Below, one piece after another: positions 56,136-64,000 of a stretch of DNA of 64,000 bases. This DNA is from an uncultured bacterium (GTDB taxonomy: Bacteria > Desulfobacterota > GWC2-55-46): NCBI GenBank assembly GCA_905339405.1, contig CAJPGC010000030.1, forward strand, positions 43,956-107,955, in the 5' to 3' direction. The first letter of the stretch is position 1. Each line of letters opens with the position of its first letter. The notes below the pieces were generated by a model. That model did not search any database and was not told the origin of the DNA. It saw nothing but the letters and a program-made list of their open reading frames with translations. The position numbers and the translations under genes are program-made.

Positions 56136-57950
56136 TTAGAGATGGCGTTTCCTGTTGACTCTCATGACGACCGCTATGCCGGTGAACATCATGGCCAGCG
56201 CGCCCGCCAGAACAGGGTACTTGAAGCCGTAGACTATGGGGGTCAGCGCGACCCTGGAGACGGCCCTCAGCGTCTCATGCCTGGCTATGAAGTCGGCCAC
56301 CGGGGGAGACACCCTGTAGTAAAGGTCGACGAACGATGCCCCGAGCGGGTTTGTAAGGAGCACGTTGTCCCTGAAGGAACGCAGGACCATGACCTCCGGC
56401 TCGAGATAGCTGCCGTAGGCCGCGGTGGCGATAAAGCAGCCGCCGCCGCTACTTACGCCGGAAGGCCCGGAGATCGGGGTGCCCGGGTTCACCGCGGCGT
56501 CAGCCACTTCGACCGTTGTCATGGCAGTAGCGGTAGCGCCCTGGTTGTCCGTGACCTTCACAACCGGGGTGTATGAGCCGGGCGCGGTGTAGCTATAGAG
56601 CGCCGGGGCTGTCGTGGTGGTGGCGTCTATCGTGCCGTTGCCGTCGAAGTCCCACTCGAACTTTACGATGACGCCGTTCGGGTCAGAGGCCGATACGTTG
56701 AAAGTAACCGACGAGGTCGAGCCGCTCTGCGTGACCGTCCCGAGTATCGACACGATGATGGGCGGCGTGTTCGCGGAGGTCGAAACAGTGACGGCCTCGG
56801 GGTCTGATATAACGTAGGCCCCTCCGTTGTCCTTTGCCCTCACGCGGGCGTTGTAGGTGCCTGCGGTCTGATAGGTTTTCGCCGCGGAAGGCGTAACGCT
56901 CGAGTAATCGTAGACGCCGTCACCGTCGAAGTCCCACTCATACCCGGTTATCGTGCCGTCGCTGTCGGCCACCGATGCCGTGAACTGGACCTGCAGCGGG
57001 GCGGTGCCGGAGGACGGGGATGCCGCGATGGACGTGACAACCGGCGGCACGTTGGAAGTGGTAAAGGTGCTGCCGGACGAGGTGGCGCTGTTACCGGCCT
57101 TGTCGGCTGAAACCACCCTGTAGCTGTAGGTTGTGAAGCTCTTGAGGCCAGCTATCTCGGCGGAATGTACGGTTTCAAGCTGTGAGTTGAGCGCCGTGGA
57201 AGCCGAATAGCTGCCGCCTGTGCCGAATTGGACCTGGGTCGTAGACGGCTCGTTGGTCGTCCATGTCACTAGCGCTGAGGAGGCGGTAATGTTCTCCACT
57301 TTCACGTTAGAAACGACCGGGGGCGTAACATCGGCGGCCGCCGCCGTAGTGAAGGTAAAATCAGGCGAGGTAGTGGAATTGCCAGCTGCGTCCTTGCTCA
57401 CGACCCTGTAGTGATAGAGGGTCGATGGCGAAAGGCCGGATACCGCCTGGATGTGGTTCGTGGCCAGCGCTGTGTTCAGCGTCGTGGTATAGCCGTACGA
57501 GGTCGTCATGCCGTACTGCACCTGTGTGGTCGAGGGCTCGTCGGTTATCCAGTTGATGGTTACGGCGTCCGGGCCAGGCGCTGCCGTGTACACGCCGGAT
57601 ATGACCGGCCCTGCCACGTCGTTCACCACTGACTTTGAGACTTCGTTCGAATACGCGCTCTCCGTCATGGCCGTGTTGTAGGCCGTGACCGCGAAGAAAT
57701 AGGTCGCGTTGGACAGGTTCGACACCTTGTACGTCGTTACCCTGCCCGCGTCAACGGACTGCGTGTAGGCCCCGGGAGCGGTGCCGTAATAGACCTTATA
57801 TCCCCCGAGGTCGGTCAACGGAGACCCGTTGGTATATGTTGTGGGCGCGGCCCATGACAGGGTTGCGTCTCCGGCCAGAGCCGGGCCCGCTGACATGAAA
57901 GACATGGCCAGCGCGGCTAGAAACACCTTGAGCTTTTCCTTCCTTGGCAT
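56136..57950 (-). CDS. Secreted Fn3/Ig-like plus 2x PKD surface protein with a CFI-box-CTERM tail
   Basis: Signal peptide; Fn3 ([15 protein letters not shown]); two W.T.EPSTTQV..G repeats; two WDFDG.G PKD repeats; [15 protein letters not shown]...LRSFRD...YY..SPP, then TM and RKRH. AGGAGG RBS. Confidence 0.9.
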   Translation of the reverse strand: MPRKEKLKVFLAALAMSFMSAGPALAGDATLSWAAPTTYTNGSPLTDLGGYKVYYGTAPGAYTQSVDAGRVTTYKVSNLSNATYFFAVTAYNTAMTESAYSNEVSKSVVNDVAGPVISGVYTAAPGPDAVTINWITDEPSTTQVQYGMTTSYGYTTTLNTALATNHIQAVSGLSPSTLYHYRVVSKDAAGNSTTSPDFTFTTAAAADVTPPVVSNVKVENITASSALVTWTTNEPSTTQVQFGTGGSYSASTALNSQLETVHSAEIAGLKSFTTYSYRVVSADKAGNSATSSGSTFTTSNVPPVVTSIAASPSSGTAPLQVQFTASVADSDGTITGYEWDFDGDGVYDYSSVTPSAAKTYQTAGTYNARVRAKDNGGAYVISDPEAVTVSTSANTPPIIVSILGTVTQSGSTSSVTFNVSASDPNGVIVKFEWDFDGNGTIDATTTTAPALYSYTAPGSYTPVVKVTDNQGATATAMTTVEVADAAVNPGTPISGPSGVSSGGGCFIATAAYGSYLEPEVMVLRSFRDNVLLTNPLGASFVDLYYRVSPPVADFIARHETLRAVSRVALTPIVYGFKYPVLAGALAMMFTGIAVVMRVNRKRHL

Positions 57951-57974
57951 TGCACTTCCTCCTTCTTGGTGAAT

Positions 57975-58011
57975 AAAAAAACCGCCTAAAGGCATGGTGA
58001 TCCTTTGGCGG
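57975..58011 (-). terminator. Riboswitch-controlled intrinsic terminator
   Basis: Minus strand CCGCC-AAAGG...CCUUU-A-GGCGG-U7; overlaps the 3' strand of aptamer P1. Confidence 0.85.
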
Positions 58012-58135
58012 CTCGGCGAACCTGGAAGCTGGGTGCGAATGTCAGGGAGTTAAATCAGCAGGAGGTGCCCGGTCTTCTTTAGTCCCGTTGCTCTGCGCCG
58101 CCGGGTTTCCCCGGGTTTGCTCTAAGCAAAGGATC
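57999..58135 (-). ncRNA. Cyclic dinucleotide GEMM-I (c-di-GMP-I family) riboswitch, A20 variant
   Basis: Minus strand: P1 GAUCCUUUG/CAAAGGAUC; J1/2 CUUAGA; GCAAA-CCCGGG-GAAA-CCCGG-CGGCGCAGAGC; receptor GGGACUAAAG; 3' UCGCCGAGCCGCC. Confidence 0.92.
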
Positions 58136-58159
58136 CAAATAGTGATTTTTTTCGAAGTC

Positions 58160-58202
58160 ATTGTAATAAATACGCATTGTCAGGTATGTGACATTCATCA
58201 CT
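58160..58202 (-). promoter_or_regulatory. Class II CRP/FNR-type promoter driving the riboswitch leader
   Basis: -10 TACAAT (58165-58160, minus strand). TGTGA-N6-TCACT at 58187-58202 is centred at -41.5. An overlapping TGTCA-N6-TGACA palindrome lies at 58178-58193. Confidence 0.6.
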
Positions 58203-58213
58203 GGACAGAGAAG

Positions 58214-59665
58214 ATGGGGACATACGGGGAAGAAATATTCATCGGGTCAGTGGCAGGCGCGCTGGGCCTGGGGGCGGTATGCCTCGCGGCGGTCTTTTTC
58301 AGGCGGACTCCCAAAAGGGTCTTCCTCCTGGCGGGAGCGGCGGCGTACATGGCGGGCGCTATGACGTTCTCCACCCCTGGCCCTTCTGCGGCCGGGGCTC
58401 AATACATACGCTCGCTTTTCCTCCTGCTTTCAGCGGGCTTCGCTGTCTCTGCCCTGCCCGCAGGTCTTTTTAAAAAAACATTTTCAACACTGGGCGCGAG
58501 GCTGTGGCGCAGATACGAATACATGGACCTGTGGCTCGAGACGACCGAGAAGATAAGCTCAAGGCTCGAGACGTCAGAGATAAAAAGTTTTCTCGCCGAG
58601 GTATGCGGCCGCGCTCTCGGCGCCTCCCCGGTGCACGTTTGGCTCTATGAAGCGCCCTCGCGCTGCTTCATCGCAAATTCCTTGAGCATCGGGCCTTCAT
58701 TCAGAAGGATAAGGGCTGAACACCGGCTGATAGAGCACATCAGGTCGTCCACAAGGCAGCCTTTCCTGCTTAAGGACGCGCTCACGCCTGAAGAGTTCAG
58801 GAGCTTCGCGGTCCCCCTGAAGGCGGAAGTCTGCGCCCCTCTCATAGTCCACGGGGAGATAACCGGGTTTCTGCTCGCCGGGCGAAGGGACAGGCCGGCG
58901 TATGCGCAAGACGAGCTGCGCCTCCTCGGCGCCATCGCAGCGCAGGCCGCGGTCCAGGTGAAAAACGTCCGCCTGAGCGGCGAGATACTCGACATGAAGG
59001 AGTCGGACCTGTTCAACAGGATGTCCTCGTTCGTGGCGCACGACCTCAAAAACCTCACGAACTCTCTCGCGCTCCTCGGGCACAACGCCAGGACGAACAT
59101 CTCAAACCCGGCTTTCCAGAGGGAGGCGCTAAAAGCCATAGACGCGACGGTAGTCAAGATGCGCTCCCTGGTTGAAAAGATGGCGGGCGGGATGCGCGCG
59201 CTCGAGCTAAACCCCAACTGGAGCGATTTGCGCGCAGTCATGGCCAGGGCCGCGGGCCGCCTCCCGGTCAAGGCAAACTCGAGGCTCAAGATCGAAGAAG
59301 GCAGTCCCCTGCCCTGCCTCATAGATGAAGAGCTCGTCGAGACGGTCTTCCTGAACATCCTTACGAACGCCTCTGAAGCGACCACTGACAGGGACGAGAT
59401 ACTGGTCTCGTTCCGGCAGGGACAGGGCACTCTTTCGGCCGTAATATCGGACAACGGCTACGGCATACCTATGCCTTTCCTCGAGAACGGCCTTTTCAGG
59501 CCGTTCAGGACCACAAAAAAGGACGGCTTCGGCGTGGGCCTGTATCAGTGCAAAAAGGTGATGGAAGCCCACGGCGGCACGATAGAGGCCGAAAGCGAGG
59601 AAGGCAAAGGCGCCTCGTTCACATTGAAGTTCCCGCTGCCGGTTGGCGGCGAAAAAGCATGTTAA
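58214..59665 (+). CDS. prsK: PrsK-like sensor histidine kinase (shortened)
   Basis: GAF domain, FNRMSSFVAHDLKN, NILTNA, DNGYG, FRPFRTTK and GFGVGLYQ. Lies upstream of prsR. Confidence 0.8.
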   Translation: MGTYGEEIFIGSVAGALGLGAVCLAAVFFRRTPKRVFLLAGAAAYMAGAMTFSTPGPSAAGAQYIRSLFLLLSAGFAVSALPAGLFKKTFSTLGARLWRRYEYMDLWLETTEKISSRLETSEIKSFLAEVCGRALGASPVHVWLYEAPSRCFIANSLSIGPSFRRIRAEHRLIEHIRSSTRQPFLLKDALTPEEFRSFAVPLKAEVCAPLIVHGEITGFLLAGRRDRPAYAQDELRLLGAIAAQAAVQVKNVRLSGEILDMKESDLFNRMSSFVAHDLKNLTNSLALLGHNARTNISNPAFQREALKAIDATVVKMRSLVEKMAGGMRALELNPNWSDLRAVMARAAGRLPVKANSRLKIEEGSPLPCLIDEELVETVFLNILTNASEATTDRDEILVSFRQGQGTLSAVISDNGYGIPMPFLENGLFRPFRTTKKDGFGVGLYQCKKVMEAHGGTIEAESEEGKGASFTLKFPLPVGGEKAC

Positions 59666-61044
59666 CGGAGAAGGACAGGGTGGAAAAACATAAGCTCCTC
59701 GTTATCGAAGACGACGACACCCTGCGGGCGCAGATGCAGTGGGCTCTGGCGGAAGAGTACGAAGTGCTCCCGGCTGACGGCCCAGAGGCGGCAATCCAGG
59801 CACTGCTCGCGGCCCAGCCCCATCTCGTCACCCTCGACCTCGGGCTGGCGCCGAACACCTCGGACTCCTCCGCCGGGTTCCGGCTCCTTGGGAAGATACT
59901 CCAGCAGTCACCGCTGGCCAAGGTGATCGTCGTGACCGGAAATGCGCAGCGGGACCTCGCGATGAAGGCCATCTCCCAAGGCGCGCACGATTTCATGGCA
60001 AAGCCCGTCGACGTAGGGGAGCTCAAGATAATCCTCAAGAGGGCATCGTACATACATTCGCTCGAATCCGAGCAGGCCCGTCTCCAGAGGTCCGGTGAGG
60101 GCCGGGACTTCGAGGAGATACTCGGGATGAGCTCCGGGATCCAGGGCGTTTTTTCAACCATAAGGAAAGTAGCCTCGACCGACGTGCCGGTCCTTGTTAC
60201 CGGAGAGAGCGGCACCGGAAAGGAGCTGATAGCGCGCGCCATCCACAACGGCAGTCTCAGAAAGAGCAGGCCATTCGTGCCCATAAACTGCGGGGCCATA
60301 CCTGAGGCGCTCCTGGAAAGCGAGCTTTTCGGCCATGAAAGGGGCGCGTTCACCGGAGCACACGCCCAAAGGAGCGGAAGGATAGAGATGGCGCAGGGCG
60401 GCACCCTGTTCCTCGACGAGATAGCAGAGCTCCCGCTGGCGCTCCAGGTAAAGGTGCTGAGGTTCCTTCAGGACCACAAGCTGGAGCGGGTCGGAGGCAG
60501 GGGCGCGATAAACATGGACGTACGGGTCGTAGCGGCCGCAAACAAGTGCCTGAAGAAGCTCGTGGCGGAAGGAAGGTTCAGGGAGGACCTTTATTACAGG
60601 CTCGCAGTTGTGAGCATCGAAGTGCCGCCGCTGCGCGAGCGGGACGACGACATTGTGCTCCTGGCGAAGGCGTTCCTCAAAAAATACTCCAACGAGCGCG
60701 CCAGGGCGAAGGCGCTGAGCGCGCAAGCGGTCGACACGATAAAAGCCTACAACTGGCCGGGCAACGTCCGCGAGCTGGAAAACCGCGTGAGAAGAGCCGT
60801 GACGTTCGCCGAGGGGCCTCTCGTGAGGCCGTCCGACCTGGGCTTCGGCCCCCTGGACGAGGCGTCCCAGAACCTCGACCTCAAGAAGGCAAAGGAGGAC
60901 CTGGAGCTGAAGTTCGTCCAGATGGCCATCATCAAACACAACGGCAACATCAGCAAGGCGGCGGAAGAACTCGGCCTCAGCAGGCCTACTGTGCACCACA
61001 TAATCAAGAAATACAACATGCTTGAATCCGTAAGAAAGGGGTAG
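59659..61044 (+). CDS. prsR: PrsR sigma54-dependent response regulator
   Basis: Q.QWAL, VTLDLGL, GESGTGKE, ESELFG.E.GAFTGA, LFLDEI, WPGNVRELEN and Fis HTH. Confidence 0.9.
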   Translation: MLTEKDRVEKHKLLVIEDDDTLRAQMQWALAEEYEVLPADGPEAAIQALLAAQPHLVTLDLGLAPNTSDSSAGFRLLGKILQQSPLAKVIVVTGNAQRDLAMKAISQGAHDFMAKPVDVGELKIILKRASYIHSLESEQARLQRSGEGRDFEEILGMSSGIQGVFSTIRKVASTDVPVLVTGESGTGKELIARAIHNGSLRKSRPFVPINCGAIPEALLESELFGHERGAFTGAHAQRSGRIEMAQGGTLFLDEIAELPLALQVKVLRFLQDHKLERVGGRGAINMDVRVVAAANKCLKKLVAEGRFREDLYYRLAVVSIEVPPLRERDDDIVLLAKAFLKKYSNERARAKALSAQAVDTIKAYNWPGNVRELENRVRRAVTFAEGPLVRPSDLGFGPLDEASQNLDLKKAKEDLELKFVQMAIIKHNGNISKAAEELGLSRPTVHHIIKKYNMLESVRKG

Positions 61045-61046
61045 AC

Positions 61047-62363
61047 ATGTCCGAGCACTTCAAGAAGACACTCTGCAGGGTCGAGCAGAAAAACGCAAGA
61101 ATAGGCGTCATTGGCCTCGGGTACGTCGGGCTTCCCATAGTCCTGAGGTTCTGCGAGGAAGGCTACAAGGTAACGGGCTTCGACGTGGACCGCTCGAAGG
61201 TCGACACGCTCAACTCCGGGGGGTCGTACATCAAGCACATACCCGCCGAAAAAGTCTCCTCGTTCGTGAAGGCGAAAGTCTTCAACGCCACGACGGACAC
61301 GTCGGCTCTCTCGAAAATGGACGCGGTCATCATCTGCGTGCCCACGCCCCTTTCGGACAAGCGGGAGCCAGACCTGAGCTATGTGAAAAAATCAGGAGAA
61401 GAGGTCGCGAAGTACCTGAGGCGCGGGCAGATGATCTCGCTGGAGTCGACGACGTACCCCGGCACCACGGAAGAGATGCTTCTCCCTCTTCTCAGCGAAG
61501 GCGGCATGAAGGCCGGAAAGGACTTCTTCCTGGTCTTCTCTCCTGAACGGGAAGACCCCGGCAGGGTCGATTTCACGACCAGGAACACGCCTAAAATAGT
61601 CGGCGGCATCACGGAAAAATGCGGCAAGCTCGGCGTGGCGCTCTACTCGAAGATAATACACGAGGTCGTGCCGGTCTCTTCGACAAGGGTTGCGGAGATG
61701 TCCAAGCTCCTCGAGAACATCTACAGGTCAGTTAACATAGCCCTCGTGAACGAGCTCAAGATGCTCTGCGACAGGATGAAGATAGACATCTGGGAGGTCA
61801 TCGAAGCCTCCAACACGAAGCCGTTCGGCTTCCAGGCGTTCTATCCCGGCCCGGGGCTCGGCGGACACTGCATCCCCATAGATCCGTTCTACCTCACGTG
61901 GAAAGCGAGGGAGTTCGACTTTTCGACGAGGTTCATAGAGCTCGCCGGGGAGATAAACACGAACATGCCCTACTACATCGTCTCAAAGGTGATGGAGGCG
62001 CTCAATTCCAACGGCAGAAGCATAAAAGGGTCGAACATACTCATCCTCGGGCTGGCCTACAAGAAAAACGTCGACGACCTGCGCGAGTCCCCTTCCCTCG
62101 AGCTCATAAGGATATTGAAGCACAAGGGCGCCAAGGTGTCCTATAACGACCCTTACGTGCCAATGGCCGTCCACCACAAGAACAACATGAAGATGCGTTC
62201 TGTCCCGCTGTCACTTAAGGGAATAAAAAAATACGACTGCGTCATAGTGGCCACCGACCATTCCACCTACGACTACCGCTGGATAGCGTCGAACAGCAGG
62301 CTCGTCGTCGACACGCGCAACGCAATGGCAGGCATAAAGTCCGCCAATATCGTCAAGGCCTGA
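61047..62363 (+). CDS. Nucleotide-sugar dehydrogenase (WbpA-like UDP-GlcNAc 6-dehydrogenase)
   Basis: GLGYVG, CVPTP, ESTTYPGTT, SPEREDPG, GGHCIPIDP and DLRESP. Confidence 0.93.
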   Translation: MSEHFKKTLCRVEQKNARIGVIGLGYVGLPIVLRFCEEGYKVTGFDVDRSKVDTLNSGGSYIKHIPAEKVSSFVKAKVFNATTDTSALSKMDAVIICVPTPLSDKREPDLSYVKKSGEEVAKYLRRGQMISLESTTYPGTTEEMLLPLLSEGGMKAGKDFFLVFSPEREDPGRVDFTTRNTPKIVGGITEKCGKLGVALYSKIIHEVVPVSSTRVAEMSKLLENIYRSVNIALVNELKMLCDRMKIDIWEVIEASNTKPFGFQAFYPGPGLGGHCIPIDPFYLTWKAREFDFSTRFIELAGEINTNMPYYIVSKVMEALNSNGRSIKGSNILILGLAYKKNVDDLRESPSLELIRILKHKGAKVSYNDPYVPMAVHHKNNMKMRSVPLSLKGIKKYDCVIVATDHSTYDYRWIASNSRLVVDTRNAMAGIKSANIVKA

Positions 62364-62382
62364 GGAAGGGCAGAAAGGTCCC

Positions 62383-63729
62383 ATGCCAAAACCAGGGCTC
62401 CTCATACTCGACTCGGACGAGACCGCAAGAGGGCAGATGCGCTGGGCCTTCTCGAGGGACTACGACGTCTTCGAGGCGGCGACCAGGGCCGAGGCCGTCC
62501 AGATAGCAGGTGACGGACAAGTGCCTGCGGGGATTGTCGACCTGGGGCTGCCGCCTCAGCCGCTCAAAGCGACCGAAGGCATGACGGCAGTGCGGGAGAT
62601 CCTTTCAATAAACCCGCTTTTCAAGGCGGTCGTCGTCACTGGCCTCGGCGAAATGGACGACGCCTTGCGGGCGGTCGACATGGGCGCATTCGATTTTTTC
62701 ACCAAGCCGATTGCGATAGAGGACGTAAGGCTTACGATCAGGAGGGCCGTCAACACCTACAGGCTCCAGGTGGAGAGCATGGGCGGACAGCCGGGGGCCG
62801 CATGGCCCGGCGAGCTAATAGGCCTCTGCCAGCCCATGCAGGAAGTCTTCAGCACGGTTCGAAAGCTCGCCGAGGTGAACATCCCGGTACTCATACAGGG
62901 CGAGACGGGCTCCGGCAAGGAGACGCTCGCGAGGGCGGTGCACCGGATAAGCAGCAGACCCTCGATGCCGTTCGTCAAGGTCGCATGCGATTCCATGCCC
63001 GAGACGATACTGGCCGGAGAGCTTTTCGGCGAGGGGCAGGAGGAAACGAGACCAGGCGCCAAGGGCAAAATTGACCTCGGCGACGGCGGCACGCTTTACC
63101 TCGAGGAGGCGGGGGCCCTGAGCCCCGCCCTCCAGAAAAGGCTCTTGGGACGGCTTTTCGGGCGAAGCCTGGACAAGACGCCTCCGGACGGCAAAGCCTG
63201 CCCCGACACGCGGGTCATCGCCTCTTCGACCAGGGACATGAAATCGCTCGTAAGGGCCGGGGAGTTTTCAGAGGAGCTCTACAACAGGCTGGCGATAATA
63301 ACCTTTGCCGTCCCGCCGCTGCGCGACAGAGGCGAAGACGTGCATATGCTGTCGCTATACTTCCTTAAAAAATATTCGAAGGAACTGGGGCGCCAGGTCC
63401 TGGGGTTCGCTCCTGGGGCCGTCGAAGCAATGGCCGAATACGCTTGGCCGGGCAACGTCCGTGAGATGGAGAACAGGATAAGGCGTGCAGTCTCCCATAT
63501 CAGAAAAAAGGAGATAGCCGCCGAGGACCTCGCCATTCCCGCGGGCCCGGAGGCCGGCAACGGGCCCGGAAGCCTTACCGACACGCGTGAGGCGTTCAGG
63601 AAGAGGATGATATATGAAGTCCTCTGCCGCAATTTCGGCAACGTCACACGCACCGCAAACGAGCTGGGCATAAGCAGACAGTACCTTTCAAGGCTGATAG
63701 CGCGCTTCAACATCAAGATAAGCAGGTAA
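62383..63729 (+). CDS. PrsR paralogue with a degenerate AAA+ domain
   Basis: QMRWAF, IVDLGLPP, GETGSGKE, WPGNVREMEN and HTH are present. GAFTGA is absent and Walker B reads LYLEE. Confidence 0.85.
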   Translation: MPKPGLLILDSDETARGQMRWAFSRDYDVFEAATRAEAVQIAGDGQVPAGIVDLGLPPQPLKATEGMTAVREILSINPLFKAVVVTGLGEMDDALRAVDMGAFDFFTKPIAIEDVRLTIRRAVNTYRLQVESMGGQPGAAWPGELIGLCQPMQEVFSTVRKLAEVNIPVLIQGETGSGKETLARAVHRISSRPSMPFVKVACDSMPETILAGELFGEGQEETRPGAKGKIDLGDGGTLYLEEAGALSPALQKRLLGRLFGRSLDKTPPDGKACPDTRVIASSTRDMKSLVRAGEFSEELYNRLAIITFAVPPLRDRGEDVHMLSLYFLKKYSKELGRQVLGFAPGAVEAMAEYAWPGNVREMENRIRRAVSHIRKKEIAAEDLAIPAGPEAGNGPGSLTDTREAFRKRMIYEVLCRNFGNVTRTANELGISRQYLSRLIARFNIKISR

Positions 63730-63754
63730 AAATCAAAAACTTCAAGGAGGCTTC

Positions 63755-64000
63755 ATGAAGAGAATCCCCACTCTTTTGGCCGCGGTTTCAATTGCAGCTT
63801 TCGCGTATAGCGACGCCACAGCAGCGCAATTTTCCTACGGCGACGTATTCGCGTCGGTCAACGACGGCAAGGTGGCGCACTACGGAGCCGACGGCACGCT
63901 GCTGGAGACCCTGAACACCGGCGTCGGCGGCATTACGAGCGGACTGGCATTTGACGGAAACGGAAACCTCTACGTGTCGAACCACACGAACGGTTCCATA
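63755..64000 (+). CDS. Secreted beta-propeller (NHL-like) protein, partial; possible PEP-CTERM substrate
   Basis: AAGGAGG RBS; MKRIPTLLAAVSIAAFAYSDATAA signal peptide; SGLAFDGNGNLYVSN repeat. The C-terminus is outside the window. Confidence 0.7.
   Translation, partial: MKRIPTLLAAVSIAAFAYSDATAAQFSYGDVFASVNDGKVAHYGADGTLLETLNTGVGGITSGLAFDGNGNLYVSNHTNGSI

Overview
GC-rich bacterial chromosomal window, probably Desulfobacterota/'deltaproteobacterial'. This is inferred from the Zur-box type, a GEMM-I riboswitch and PrsK/PrsR, and is not proven. No rRNA, tRNA, CRISPR array or mobile element was seen. Left part (1-9 kb): a TlpA-DUF4266-DUF3570-apbE flavinylation cluster, an MBL hydrolase, a cytochrome b/DHC-SHP-DHC operon and zur-znuACB with a Zur box. 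The rest (9-64 kb) is one contiguous cell-surface/matrix locus: a type II secretion system split divergently around a LuxR regulator, a long Wzx/Wzy exopolysaccharide cluster, exosortase, PrsK, two PrsR paralogues and a Fn3/PKD CFI-box-CTERM surface protein. The most notable signals are: (i) several predicted cyclic-dinucleotide inputs, namely a Zn-ribbon PilZ protein, a priming glycosyltransferase fused to a dead GGDEF-like domain that keeps the RxxD I-site, and an A20-type (cGAMP-like) GEMM-I ON riboswitch downstream of a class II CRP/FNR-type promoter; (ii) a MinD-like ATPase placed between the polysaccharide co-polymerase and a BY-kinase that carries an HPD-less J-like domain; (iii) tandem ops elements after an RfaH-like gene; (iv) a GAFTGA-less PrsR paralogue; (v) an apparently circularly permuted polysaccharide deacetylase; (vi) a radical SAM-RfbF-triple C-methyltransferase module with no RfbG. 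All calls come from reading motifs by eye; no database searches were run.
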